A DNA stretch of 64,000 bases from NCBI GenBank assembly GCA_016932615.1, contig JAFGCN010000009.1:146167-210166 (forward strand), in the 5' to 3' direction. This document shows positions 39,215 to 49,655 of the stretch, in pieces. Source of the DNA: Candidatus Aenigmatarchaeota archaeon (GTDB lineage Archaea > Aenigmatarchaeota > Aenigmatarchaeia > QMZS01). The notes under the pieces were generated by a model. The model saw nothing but the letters and a program-made list of their open reading frames with translations. It had not been told where the DNA came from and ran no database searches. The number at the start of each line of letters is the position of its first letter. Positions within the stretch are counted from its first letter, which is position 1. Made by a program: the position numbers and the translations under genes.

Positions 39215-39347
39215 AACTTAATCCTGAATGCAGGTATAAATGGTGTCTTGGATTTGTGTTTCTGGCGTAACTTTTTTGTATTTGACTTATCGTGTCGCGG
39301 GATTGGAAGGCGAACCTGTTAAATTTGAATATTCTGACTAATGTTAT

Positions 39348-39447
39348 GCCCTAGTAGCTCAGCTGGTTGAAGCTTGCCTTCAGGCTTCCGGCAAAGAGCG
39401 CGGGTTTCGTAAACCCGAGGTCGGGGGTTCGATCCCCCCCTAGGGCT
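39348..39447 (+). tRNA. tRNA-Thr(CGT) with 27-nt D-loop intron 39368-39394 (position 20/21)
   Basis: Acceptor GCCCTAG/CTAGGGC + T73; anticodon arm CGGGT-TTCGTAA-ACCCG; T arm GGGGG-TTCGATC-CCCCC; BHB with central GCTG/CGGC, bulges GT|T and AA|A, intron stem GAAGC/GCTTC; spliced length 73 nt. Confidence 0.93.
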
Positions 39448-39556
39448 ATAATGTTTATCATGAGGACATTTCACCCGTAATGCTCCCGTTATGCAATCAT
39501 CTTCGAAAGTCCGAAATGATATATAACGTTTGAGGCAGTTATGATTATAGGATAAA

Positions 39557-42500
39557 ATGTCCAAAATATTTTTCGATGGGGGCAGTATTTCAAAAATTTT
39601 CCTTGCCTTCCTATTTGCGTTTTCACTTAATATTGCCTCGGTATCTGCGGCTTCTATATCAGGCCAATTTGAAGTGTCTGACACTATTACAAACCTAGGC
39701 ACTGTGGACTCAAGCAGGATTTCAAATATAATTTTGGACCGGGGGAGCGATGTGGTCTGGAGGGTATACCCTACGGGATACTGGAACTTGGGAGAATATC
39801 ACTTCTATGCAAAACTGGACAAGGTTTCAGGTAAGATTTACCTCCTTGCAAATTCTTCAAGCGAAGGCTCAGCCCTGGGTGTCATGATGCCTTCCATAAA
39901 TCTGCAGGATCGTTTTGGCCTTAGCCAGACCCCAGACTACACGCATTTTTGCGCTCAATATGATTCCACAAAGACTCTTTCTTATGATGTGCTTGCTCAG
40001 ACGGTTACAAGCCTAGCCTCCAGTGGTGCAATAGGGTCCGGAGCAACTCTATCAAAGGCACCGGTTTACAAAAGCAACTTCACGGACGGAGTTTATGTGC
40101 TCGGGTACTACATTTCTGCTTCTGAATTCGATGCTACCTCAAACAGCTTCCACAACTGGCCTTGGGGCACTGGAAGTGACGCATGCAAGTACTCAATTCT
40201 CTTTCCGATATGCGAATATAGCGAGGGTTCTGTAAGTGTGACCTTCAATATCGATAGCAGCCCAAGAAACTACCTGGTGTATGGTAGCCTATACAATGAC
40301 AACAATGAGAATACTTATTACCGGTATAATGGCGTCACATGGTTGCAGCGAAGCTACTGGGGACTGACCAATCAGGTAAGGTATGGCTCTTCTTCGGGCT
40401 ATCCCCAGCAAATAGAATTGTATGCAAGCAAGACCTGGTCAACAGTACACCCTTCAACTTGGATAGTGCTCGATACTGATTCAGTCAGTGTAACTGGAAC
40501 TCTGGCTGGGCAGGGCCCAACCAGTGTCAATGAAGCTGAAGCCCCAGACGTGCTTTACAAATTTAGCGTCACGAAAGCACCTCTTGATTGGCTTGAGGGC
40601 TCGGTGAGGAGAACAATAATAATAAACAACAGCGAGAGTTCCGAGGATCTTGCAAATTATCCTGTGTTGCTGCAGGTTCCTTATGATTTTTTCATGAGGC
40701 AGGATTATGGCGACCTTAGGTTTACTGACCTTGGCGAAAGCCCGTTAAATTACTGGATAGAGTCTTACAACGTAAGCTCTGCCGTTGTGTGGGTAAAGAT
40801 TCCATCAATTCCTGCTGGTGGAGAGACATCCATTTATATGTATTATGGTAACTCGACTCTCACGAACATTGGCAATGGCAACTTGGTTTTCCCTTTCTTT
40901 GAGGATTTCAATGACGGAAGTCTGGATCCATACTGGACCAAAGTCAATTCAGAGGCCAATATTTTTGAGAATAATGGGTATCTGGAGACTCCGGAATGCG
41001 GGGTTCCGGGAGAGGCAGACTGCAAATATGGATATGCTTTTGTTTACATGAACGCCGCTTCCAATGGAATCAGTATTAATCAGCCATTCAGGATAAAGCT
41101 GAAGACCTGGAACAAGGAGGACAGCGCTGGCGGTGAAGGGGCAGGAACTTTCATGTTCCGGGAAGTGCCTTACGTTGGAATTAACCCTAATGCAGTCTAT
41201 TTTTTGCATGGTGACCGGAATAATTATCCGGGGTTCTATGAAGGCCATGATGGGCCACTGAGTTTTGGAATTTACTCGCCGATGCAGGATAGGTGGATTT
41301 CTGAAGAATTCCTATATGACGGGAGTGGAATGGGTCTTTGGTTTGACGGGACAAAAAGAAGCACCACTGCATGGGCTTCTGCTGAGGGGTACGTTTCTCT
41401 TGGAAATTCAATAGGCAGCGATTCCTATTCGACAGACAACAATAAATGGGACGACCTATTCATGATGCAGGTGGCATCAAAAGAGCCAGTCGTGAAGCTT
41501 GGAGATATTGAAACTGGCGATGGAACAGAGGAACCCATTCAGAACATAATTTCCGCAAATATTTTGCTTTTTGATGAGGAATATAACCCACTATATTCCA
41601 GTATTGGTCAAGAAGAATCCACCGCATATTTGACTTTGAAAAAACCGCATTACTTAGATATCTTAGTCAATGGTACCGTTTCTACAGATTCGCAGATTAG
41701 TGTAGAACTTTATCAGGGGAGCACGCTTAAATTTTCGGAAGACTTGGACACAATAATACAGCAGGAGGGTTCATATGCCTATATAAAATCGGGTGAGATT
41801 TTCTCTGTTCCGGAAAGCGCAGGCATTGGCTCTGGATATAAATTAGTGGTTAAGCTGGGAGATTATGTATTGAATCAGGAGGTTTATCTTACTCCTTTTG
41901 AGGCTGTGCCGATTGATGTTTTTGGCCAGGAATATCCTGTGGCTGGAGAGGTCAGGTATTATGATATAAAGCCCTATGAGTTGAGCCATAACGGGAATGA
42001 AGTGGTGATTGCCTACCCGATTTTTGAGCAGCAATATTTCGAAAGCCTTAGTGATGAAGGATTTGGTGTTTCCGACCCGGAAAGAGTTAAAGCCTTGGTG
42101 CAAAAGCTGTCCGTGCTTGAGTTAGTGGGTTTGACGGAAGTTGCGGCAAAATATCCAAATGCCCGGTTTGTGGTTTTTAACGGGTTGAAAGGAGATGCTG
42201 AAGTAATCTCTCAGGTAGAAGGAAACATAAAGTCCGCAAGAGCATCAAACAAAAAGCCGCTCATAGTTGGTGCGATACCCCATGCAACCCAAACCTACAG
42301 CAATATAGTCACTACTAAGGCATACCGATCTTCATATATGAGTTATGCTTTGGCTTCTTCCATTAATGTTCTCAGAACCTGGGGAGGCGAAGACAGAGAA
42401 ACTTTTGTTTCAAGGCATTATCGGGGTGAAGAATACTTCCTTGCTTTAAATTCGACTGGAAAGTATTCAAAAGAAAGCTTTGGTGACCGGACCGAATCTC

Positions 42501-45500
42501 AGCCGGCGATGCTTGTGGCAATAGACGAAAATCCACTGCTTCAGGTGTCTCCTGCGATTGGCAATGACGCTAGAGATGAGGCTGGAAAGGATAATTATGA
42601 CTATTACCGAATTGGGACCTTAATTCCTCTAGGACATACCTATTACTTAGGTCTTGAAGCAGGAAAGTTCCCCCTTGCAGAGTTTAGCCTGAATCCTTCG
42701 ATGGCAGGATTAAAGTTTGGAAGAACCATTTTTAACTTCGGTCTTGAATTTGGAATAAATGCCGAGAGGACAGAAGACCGTGGGAAGATTTATGCCTATT
42801 TGGATATTGGTGCCATAATTACGGGTTTCCATGAAGAGTGGGACCTTTGGAAGGGAGCTATTAATGTGAATACGATTGACCAGGATGTCCAGCAGGGGGT
42901 TGACGATATTTGCGATATAGATACAGTTGTTCTTGGAAAAGTTGGAGATATTGAAATTGAAAATACCAACCTTAGAGGCATAATGACTTCTTTCAAGGAC
43001 ATTGTACTCTTCCTGTTTGTCCCAGAACCTGTGATTGCCAGGAATGAATTCCTGAGGTATGGATTTGAGCCTAGCAGTGTTCATACCTTGCTGGCAGATA
43101 CAACAAAGACGATGGCAACGCATAATCAGCCTGTTTCAGACACGGTTGTCTATGAGGCAGACAATTATCCTTCCAAGATGAGCCTGAATAATGCTGCAAT
43201 GAATCTTGCTGCCTTTGTCATAGACCTTGTGGAGTTTGGTGAGGGTGTGCTTCCGGTTGAGATTGAGCCAAGCCTCGAGGGTAAGATGCATATGGAGAAC
43301 TATCTCGGGTCTTCAGATAGCATCAATTCAATAATAGTTTCTGAAGACGTTGCTCTCACCTTGAGAGGTCTTGCCGTAGATGTTATTGAAGATCCTTGGG
43401 CAGATGTTCCTAGTGACATTAAAGATGTCGCTGGATACCTTAAAGATGAAACTTTTAAGTCCGTTGATGTCTTTGAGGAGATAACTCTTTCCGGATACGA
43501 GTATATCTCGGTAAGTATGGAGTATTTGGAATATAGCAGGTATGAAGATTTCGCAAGTGGGTTAGTGGAAGAATACCTCTACTATGAGTCCCTTGAGATG
43601 GAGTATATGGAGGTCTGGACCTCAAAAGTCAAGGTCAAGACAGGAACCATAGATTACGAGAAAATCAAGAAATACCTGAAATGGGTTAAGATTATTGCTG
43701 CAGGACTCGATGCATGGCTTCAGTACGAAGAGGCACAGAAGGTTGCAGGGTTCAATTCCAACCAGCTTTACTATATGGGTGACCCATACCTTACCGGTTA
43801 TGATGACCCGGTTTACAGCTTTTCGGTGGACGCTTTGCCTGAGCAGGTGCAAATACACATAAGGTCTGAGCCAAGGTTGATGGAGGTTATGGACACAAGT
43901 ATGATTTATCCAAGCGTGACCGAACTCGAGATACCAGATATGACTGCAAAAGTGCTGGTAGAAGATTATACTCCCTACACAGGAGCCCCTCAGACGCCAA
44001 GTTTCATAATCTCAATATTTCACCCCAGAAATCAGGAGATCTACAATATTTCCTATGGGCTCTTAAGTCCCCAGAATTTTGAAAATGTAGACCTTGCAAT
44101 GGGGGCTCTGGTTGTCGGTGAGGAGAGCCTTCCGGGCTTGATACCAGAATATGAATACTATCCGAAAGAAAGCCTGGTTTCCAGCACGGAAGATGTTGCA
44201 AATTATGCCCATACTGTGATCATGCTGTTCCCAACTAAGTATTACTCAGACAAGCACTTGGACTACTACAAGGATGTCTGGCTTAACTTCAGTGTTATGA
44301 CTCGTTCTACAGAGCTAAATACTGAGCTTCAAGTGTATCCAAATGTAGTGGTCACAGAAAGAGGTTCTGAGACTAAGGTTACTCTGCGTCTAGTCAATGA
44401 TATACTTTCCGGTGAAAATACCGCAGTAAATGTTACCTTTAGGGTGCCCGAAGGGATACTGCTTGGGGGAGGCGACCTAGAGAATGTGGTGCTTGGCAAT
44501 ACCCCCTCTGATTACAGCAGGGACTTTTTGTATGAAGTAAGCATTCCCGCAAGCACGGAGCTAGGGGCGTATTATATAAATATGAACCTTTCTGGATATG
44601 AAGGTTCGGAAAGGATTTACAGGGACTATGCGCTTCCAGTTATTGTTACTCGCAGGGACTTGGTGGACAATAATCTGCTTGAGTGGACAGTTCCTCCCAG
44701 GATGCAGATGGGAGTCGAGAATAAAGTTTCAGTGAAGGTAAGAAACGACGGAGAAATTAAAAATGTAGCCCTTCCAGTGAGACTTTTTCTAAACGATGAG
44801 CTAATTGATACACAAACAATAGGCATTATTGGTCCTGGCGAAGTTGTTGAACTGAACTTTACCGTTGTTCCTGAGCTAACTGGTCTAAGCAACCTTACCA
44901 TTGCAGTGGTTTCAGCGCCCAACGAGTTTGAGCTTGAAAACAACATTAAGTCGGCATTGGTTGAAGTGTCTGAGGATATATGCCCTCCAATGATAACTCT
45001 CGCCACACCTTCAGATGGAGCCGTTTACTTCCTCAACCAGCAGGTCCTTGCCGATTACGAATGCACCGACGCTCTCAGCGGAGTCACCTCATGCACGGGA
45101 GCGGTTGAACTCGGAAGCCTAATTGACACTGCAAGCCTTGGCATTAAGTCCTTTACGGTTGCTTCAGCAGATAATGCGGGTAACACTGCAGAAAAAACTG
45201 TCTCCTACAGCGTCCAGTATTCTTACAGCGGAATCCTCAGGCCAATTGACCCCGATGGCACAAGTGTCTTCAAGCTCGGAAGCACGGTTCCGGTAAAGTT
45301 TAAGCTAACTGACGCTAGTGGGAACTTTGTTAAGACTGCGGTTGCAAAAATTTACCTGTCTAAAATAAGCAATGGCGTTATGGGAACAGAGGTTGATGCT
45401 GTGTCTACAAGCCAGGCTTCGACGGGAAACCTGTTTAGGTATGATGAAACTGCTAACCAATACGTGTTTAATCTTGCTACAAAATCTATGACGGTTGGAA

Positions 45501-45565
45501 CCTGGAAGATAAGAATTTTGCTGGATGATGGCACTTCCCGGTATGTAACCCTGGGCCTCAGGTAA
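39557..45565 (+). CDS. 2002-aa secreted multidomain protein (DUF2341, CARDB-like, C-terminal PxKF-type domain)
   Basis: Signal peptide; DLRFTD..LNYWIESY..VWVKIP..IYMYYGN; CARDB-like NEFELENNI; C-terminal FKLGSTVPVKFKLTD...QYVFNL; no C-terminal TM. Confidence 0.85.
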   Translation: MSKIFFDGGSISKIFLAFLFAFSLNIASVSAASISGQFEVSDTITNLGTVDSSRISNIILDRGSDVVWRVYPTGYWNLGEYHFYAKLDKVSGKIYLLANSSSEGSALGVMMPSINLQDRFGLSQTPDYTHFCAQYDSTKTLSYDVLAQTVTSLASSGAIGSGATLSKAPVYKSNFTDGVYVLGYYISASEFDATSNSFHNWPWGTGSDACKYSILFPICEYSEGSVSVTFNIDSSPRNYLVYGSLYNDNNENTYYRYNGVTWLQRSYWGLTNQVRYGSSSGYPQQIELYASKTWSTVHPSTWIVLDTDSVSVTGTLAGQGPTSVNEAEAPDVLYKFSVTKAPLDWLEGSVRRTIIINNSESSEDLANYPVLLQVPYDFFMRQDYGDLRFTDLGESPLNYWIESYNVSSAVVWVKIPSIPAGGETSIYMYYGNSTLTNIGNGNLVFPFFEDFNDGSLDPYWTKVNSEANIFENNGYLETPECGVPGEADCKYGYAFVYMNAASNGISINQPFRIKLKTWNKEDSAGGEGAGTFMFREVPYVGINPNAVYFLHGDRNNYPGFYEGHDGPLSFGIYSPMQDRWISEEFLYDGSGMGLWFDGTKRSTTAWASAEGYVSLGNSIGSDSYSTDNNKWDDLFMMQVASKEPVVKLGDIETGDGTEEPIQNIISANILLFDEEYNPLYSSIGQEESTAYLTLKKPHYLDILVNGTVSTDSQISVELYQGSTLKFSEDLDTIIQQEGSYAYIKSGEIFSVPESAGIGSGYKLVVKLGDYVLNQEVYLTPFEAVPIDVFGQEYPVAGEVRYYDIKPYELSHNGNEVVIAYPIFEQQYFESLSDEGFGVSDPERVKALVQKLSVLELVGLTEVAAKYPNARFVVFNGLKGDAEVISQVEGNIKSARASNKKPLIVGAIPHATQTYSNIVTTKAYRSSYMSYALASSINVLRTWGGEDRETFVSRHYRGEEYFLALNSTGKYSKESFGDRTESQPAMLVAIDENPLLQVSPAIGNDARDEAGKDNYDYYRIGTLIPLGHTYYLGLEAGKFPLAEFSLNPSMAGLKFGRTIFNFGLEFGINAERTEDRGKIYAYLDIGAIITGFHEEWDLWKGAINVNTIDQDVQQGVDDICDIDTVVLGKVGDIEIENTNLRGIMTSFKDIVLFLFVPEPVIARNEFLRYGFEPSSVHTLLADTTKTMATHNQPVSDTVVYEADNYPSKMSLNNAAMNLAAFVIDLVEFGEGVLPVEIEPSLEGKMHMENYLGSSDSINSIIVSEDVALTLRGLAVDVIEDPWADVPSDIKDVAGYLKDETFKSVDVFEEITLSGYEYISVSMEYLEYSRYEDFASGLVEEYLYYESLEMEYMEVWTSKVKVKTGTIDYEKIKKYLKWVKIIAAGLDAWLQYEEAQKVAGFNSNQLYYMGDPYLTGYDDPVYSFSVDALPEQVQIHIRSEPRLMEVMDTSMIYPSVTELEIPDMTAKVLVEDYTPYTGAPQTPSFIISIFHPRNQEIYNISYGLLSPQNFENVDLAMGALVVGEESLPGLIPEYEYYPKESLVSSTEDVANYAHTVIMLFPTKYYSDKHLDYYKDVWLNFSVMTRSTELNTELQVYPNVVVTERGSETKVTLRLVNDILSGENTAVNVTFRVPEGILLGGGDLENVVLGNTPSDYSRDFLYEVSIPASTELGAYYINMNLSGYEGSERIYRDYALPVIVTRRDLVDNNLLEWTVPPRMQMGVENKVSVKVRNDGEIKNVALPVRLFLNDELIDTQTIGIIGPGEVVELNFTVVPELTGLSNLTIAVVSAPNEFELENNIKSALVEVSEDICPPMITLATPSDGAVYFLNQQVLADYECTDALSGVTSCTGAVELGSLIDTASLGIKSFTVASADNAGNTAEKTVSYSVQYSYSGILRPIDPDGTSVFKLGSTVPVKFKLTDASGNFVKTAVAKIYLSKISNGVMGTEVDAVSTSQASTGNLFRYDETANQYVFNLATKSMTVGTWKIRILLDDGTSRYVTLGLR

Positions 45566-45651
45566 GCATTGCGTTTTGAGTTTGTTTGGGACCATGCAGT
45601 ATGTTTGATGAACCTGAAATGTCTCTCCGGGTTTTCTTTTGGGCAATATCC

Positions 45652-46305
45652 CTATTGCTTGAGCTCTGCCCGCCTCTGATTTTTTCTTGCAGGAAGAAAG
45701 CGCCTGAAAAAATTACGGATGTAACCGATTATAATTACCAGCGCAAGTATTCCCCAGAGGTTTGAAAGCAAAATTTCAGAAATTGCTGACAGTGCTTCGG
45801 TCTTTGGCACTGCGTTTATGACTTCGACAACTTTTGCAAATATCCAGGCGACAATTATCGTGCTTATCCCTGCCGCAATAGGTGACACCATCCACCAGCT
45901 TTTTTCATACCTTCTTGAAAGGTAATCCGTGTAGCCAAAAAACAGGGAAAATGCGAAAAACCAGTTTAAGTTTGCAGCCAGAAAGTCAGCCATTGACATC
46001 ACAAAGCTGCTCTGGAGGAGCGTGTTCATTATCCGCATGATAAATATCCCGAATGCCAGGAGGACTATCCCGATTATGCTTGCAAGAAACGGCCCGATTA
46101 TGCTGAGATCTCCAAACCAGTAGCACGTACCGGAAATCCCGCAATTTCTGATCCGTTTCTTTGCTCTCGCGCCGATGTCTTCGGCCTCTTCGCCAAGTTC
46201 CTTTGCCCGCCTTTCCATGACATTGCCAAACTCATCGCCCCATTCGTTCCATTCCCTTTCGGTTTTGCCAAAAACTTTTTTCGGCCGGGGAGATTTATTT
46301 TCCAT
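45652..46305 (-). CDS. Membrane protein (about 4 TM)
   Basis: Charged N-terminus followed by four hydrophobic segments. Confidence 0.7.
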   Translation of the reverse strand: MENKSPRPKKVFGKTEREWNEWGDEFGNVMERRAKELGEEAEDIGARAKKRIRNCGISGTCYWFGDLSIIGPFLASIIGIVLLAFGIFIMRIMNTLLQSSFVMSMADFLAANLNWFFAFSLFFGYTDYLSRRYEKSWWMVSPIAAGISTIIVAWIFAKVVEVINAVPKTEALSAISEILLSNLWGILALVIIIGYIRNFFRRFLPARKNQRRAELKQ

Positions 46306-46327
46306 CGTCCTATAATAGTATATATAC

Positions 46328-47158
46328 TTATCTAGAGAATACCCTCCTGAGAAGGATTATGGCCAGAAATATGGAGAGGTTAACGAGGACAATGGTTCCG
46401 GATACCGCAAAGTCAAAGTAGTATGCGGCCACAAGCCCCAAAACAACGGAAAGCACGGCGATTGCAGCAGATGAGATGAGGGTATTTCTGAAGCTGAGCT
46501 TTAGCTGCAGTGCAGAGGTGGCGGGCATAATTATCAGGGCTGAAGCGAGAAGAAGTCCAACAACCCTCATTGAGCTTACGACGGTTACTGCGGTAAGAGC
46601 GATAAGGGCAGTGTTCAGGGCATCAACTTTCACGCCAGAGGTTCTTGCCGAATCTTCGTCAAAAGTAAGGTAGACAAGCTCGCGGTAGAAAAGCGCGATA
46701 ACTCCGATTACGCAGGCGGAAAGAAACACTGAGAGCAGGACCTCCTCGCTTCTTATAGACAGGATGCTTCCGAAAAGGTAGCTTAGAATGTCCACGTTGA
46801 ACCCGCCTGCAATGCTTGCAATGAATACGCCTATTCCAAGGCCCGCATGGCTTACCATGCCTATTGCAGCGTCCCCGTACAGCCGGGCTTTTTCCCTAAG
46901 CTTCAGGATTCCAAGTGAACCGATTACCCCGAAAATCAGGGCACCAAAAAAAGGCATTATGTTGAAAAGAAGCCCGGTTGCAATGCCTCCAAATGATATG
47001 TGAGCAATCCCGTCACCCATAAGGGCGTACCTCCTGAGGACCAGGAAAACGCCAAGAAGAGAGCAGGCAATGGCGATAACTATCCCGGTTAAAAATGCCT
47101 TTTGCATAAACCCATATCCGATAATTTCGAAAACCATATTCAGCCCCTGTGAAGGCAA
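46328..47158 (-). CDS. znuB: Zn/Mn ABC transporter permease
   Basis: LGVFLVLRRYALMGDGIAHISFGG, YLFGSIL, VGLLLASAL. Confidence 0.93.
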   Translation of the reverse strand: MPSQGLNMVFEIIGYGFMQKAFLTGIVIAIACSLLGVFLVLRRYALMGDGIAHISFGGIATGLLFNIMPFFGALIFGVIGSLGILKLREKARLYGDAAIGMVSHAGLGIGVFIASIAGGFNVDILSYLFGSILSIRSEEVLLSVFLSACVIGVIALFYRELVYLTFDEDSARTSGVKVDALNTALIALTAVTVVSSMRVVGLLLASALIIMPATSALQLKLSFRNTLISSAAIAVLSVVLGLVAAYYFDFAVSGTIVLVNLSIFLAIILLRRVFSR

Positions 47159-47889
47159 AGCATATGCTCGCCTTCCGAAAGCTTGTGCCCGTGCTTTTTG
47201 TCATAGACGCAGAAGTCCTTGTGGCTTCCGTAGAACTCGAGCGTCTGGTTCAAGCTTGCAACCTTTGTGACGTGGCGTGTGATTCTTCCAATGTCATGCG
47301 ATACCAGGACGATTGTTATGCCCTTGGAATTAAGTTTTCCCAAAAGCCGGTAGAAGTTTTCCTGCGACTTTATGTCAACGCCGGTCGTCGGCTCGTCGAG
47401 AAAAAGTATTTCCGGCTTCGAAACAATGGCCCTTGCGATGAACACCCTCTGCTGCTGCCCTCCTGAAAGCTCCCCTATTCTTCTTTTCGAGTAGCCGTCC
47501 ATGTCGACGGTTTTAAGCGCAGCCATCAGCGTCTCTTTTTCCTGTTTGCCAAGAACCTTTGGAAAGCGCATTTTTGACAGGAGCCCCATGGCGGCAACTT
47601 CTATTACGGTTGCGGGAAAGTTAGGGTCTATGCTCGTCGCTTTCTGCGGGACGTACCCGATTTTGCTCCATCCGGAGAAGTTTGAGATGCTATCGCCAAA
47701 GAGCTTTATTGAGCCCTTTTGGAGCTTGTAGAGCCCGAGCATTAGCTTCAGGAGGGTTGTTTTTCCGGAGCCGTTCGGGCCGATAAGCCCCACAAAATCG
47801 CCCTTGTAAATCTCCAGGGAAATGTCTGACAAGACTTTAAGTTTTCCAAATTTAAAATCCACCCCCTTCACCTCAACTAATGGCCCCAT
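47140..47889 (-). CDS. znuC: Zn/Mn ABC transporter ATP-binding subunit
   Basis: GPNGSGKTT, IGYVPQK, LSGGQQQRV, LDEPTTGVD, VSHD. Confidence 0.94.
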   Translation of the reverse strand: MGPLVEVKGVDFKFGKLKVLSDISLEIYKGDFVGLIGPNGSGKTTLLKLMLGLYKLQKGSIKLFGDSISNFSGWSKIGYVPQKATSIDPNFPATVIEVAAMGLLSKMRFPKVLGKQEKETLMAALKTVDMDGYSKRRIGELSGGQQQRVFIARAIVSKPEILFLDEPTTGVDIKSQENFYRLLGKLNSKGITIVLVSHDIGRITRHVTKVASLNQTLEFYGSHKDFCVYDKKHGHKLSEGEHMLCLHRG

Positions 47890-47895
47890 ATTGAT

Positions 47896-48876
47896 TTAGC
47901 TGCACTCAAGAGCAATCCTTAGCGACTCAAGGTTTTTTTCCATAATTGATAGGAAGGTTTCTCCATTAGCCAGCTCTTCCTTGCTGATGGTCTGGCCAGG
48001 GCTTAGCACAAGGGTACTTGCGCCCATTTCCTTTGCAAGAGTCTCCGACAGCCGTGGGTCGGTGTTCTTCTCGAAAAGGACATATTCAAGCCCATTTTCC
48101 TCTGCAAGCTTTGCAATTTCCTCGATTCTTTTGGGGCTTGGCTCACTGTCCGGAGATATGCCGTAAACAGAAAATATGGTGAAGTTATACCGTTTTGCAA
48201 GGTAGGAGTATGCGTTATGCCCCCCGGTTATGATTGCCTTTTTCCGGCAGTTCCCTAGCGTAGCGGAATAATTCTGGTCAAGTGAGAGCAGCTTTTTCTT
48301 GTACTCTGCGGCATTTTCAAGGTAATATTTTGACCTTTCCGGGTTTTTTTCTGACAACTTGGCGGCTATCTCATCCACAATCCGGGCGTCGTTTTCAAAG
48401 TCCAGCCATATGTGGGGATCATACTCTCCGTGCTCGTGGTCGCTGTGTTTTTCTCCCCCCTCTTCCACGGAAGGCTCTTCTTCATGCCCGCTGGCTTCTT
48501 CAGAGGATATCAGGACTGAAACTTTGCTTGCCTCTATGGCAGTCAGGTTTGGGTTTTCAAGGCCTCCAAGAATATCTTCTGCCCAGGGTTCCATGCCAGG
48601 CCCAATGTAGATAAACAGGTCCGAATTTTCTATTTTTGCAATGTCTCCCGGGCGGGGGTCGAAGTGGTGCACGTCGGTTCCAGGAGGAAGTATAAGAGTC
48701 ACCTCCAGGTCTTTCCCGCCAACCACTTTTGCAAACTCGTACAGGGGAAAAATGGTGGAGCTTGCCCTGATTTTTCCGCTTTCTTCTCCAGCGGTTTGGT
48801 AAACGCACCCCGAAAGCAGAATGGTAGCCAGCAATACTGCCAGTATATTCAGCTTTCCAAGGCGATTCATAAACAT
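47896..48876 (-). CDS. znuA: Zn ABC transporter substrate-binding lipoprotein
   Basis: Lipobox LLSGC; DVHHFDP; His/Glu-rich loop ending DPHIWLD; HNAYSYLAKRY. Confidence 0.93.
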   Translation of the reverse strand: MFMNRLGKLNILAVLLATILLSGCVYQTAGEESGKIRASSTIFPLYEFAKVVGGKDLEVTLILPPGTDVHHFDPRPGDIAKIENSDLFIYIGPGMEPWAEDILGGLENPNLTAIEASKVSVLISSEEASGHEEEPSVEEGGEKHSDHEHGEYDPHIWLDFENDARIVDEIAAKLSEKNPERSKYYLENAAEYKKKLLSLDQNYSATLGNCRKKAIITGGHNAYSYLAKRYNFTIFSVYGISPDSEPSPKRIEEIAKLAEENGLEYVLFEKNTDPRLSETLAKEMGASTLVLSPGQTISKEELANGETFLSIMEKNLESLRIALECS

Positions 48877-48918
48877 CCTTCAAAATAAGATATTAGTGAT
48901 TATCGGGCGAATATTTAC

Positions 48919-49644
48919 ATGCGTAAGCCCCTTTTGCTTGCCTTTTTGCTTATTGCTGCGGCTTTTCCGGCAATGGCGGAGGACTACTATGCGGACGTCC
49001 AGATTAAGGTCTGGCATGCTGGAGAGGTCGAAATATCGGGCACGACAAACCATCCGACCCTTGCTCCCGGAGTTTACCAGAACTTCACAAGCAAGTCCGG
49101 CAGCATGTGGGTTTTGAACATAACCCTCCCGGAGACTTTTTCCGAGTATGTTTATGATGTTGAGCTTCCGCAAAAATCTCAGGTAAATTACCTGTCGGTA
49201 CCCAAAAATATCCGGATGGAGACGCGTGACGGTGCGCTTCATCTTATCGGCTCGGGCATGGACCAGAAGTTTTTCGTGGTTGTGCAGTACAGCTATGATG
49301 GCACCCCTCCACCCCAACCTCCAAGCCCAGTAGTGCCTCTGGCTATTTTTGCGCTTGTAATTGCGGGAATCGTGGTGCACTACAGGTTCAAGATAAAGAA
49401 AATAAAATTGGTGCCTCCGAAAATCAGGAAGGGCTATAACCCTCTCGCGCTTACTGAGCGGCAAAAGGAAATTCTTGACTTTATCGAAAAGGCAGGAAAC
49501 GCCACGACACAGGCAAAGCTTCAGGCGGGGACAAATATTCCCAAGGCATCGCTTTCCCGAAATATAGATGCGCTCGTAAAGAAGGGAATTCTGAAGCGGG
49601 AACGGAAGGGGATGACAATGGTTGTTTATTTTAGTGAGGAATAA
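48919..49644 (+). CDS. Membrane-anchored winged-helix regulator with extracellular N-domain (COG2512-like)
   Basis: Signal peptide, beta-rich ectodomain, Pro linker, TM, then LTERQKEILDFI...TQAKL...KASLSRNIDALVKKGIL.RERKG. Confidence 0.85.
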   Translation: MRKPLLLAFLLIAAAFPAMAEDYYADVQIKVWHAGEVEISGTTNHPTLAPGVYQNFTSKSGSMWVLNITLPETFSEYVYDVELPQKSQVNYLSVPKNIRMETRDGALHLIGSGMDQKFFVVVQYSYDGTPPPQPPSPVVPLAIFALVIAGIVVHYRFKIKKIKLVPPKIRKGYNPLALTERQKEILDFIEKAGNATTQAKLQAGTNIPKASLSRNIDALVKKGILKRERKGMTMVVYFSEE

Positions 49645-49655
49645 GCATTAACCTT

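Noticed and set aside
39420-45600. Integrated element at tRNA-Thr
   Set aside because: No integrase and no duplicated tRNA 3' end (att site) seen in the window
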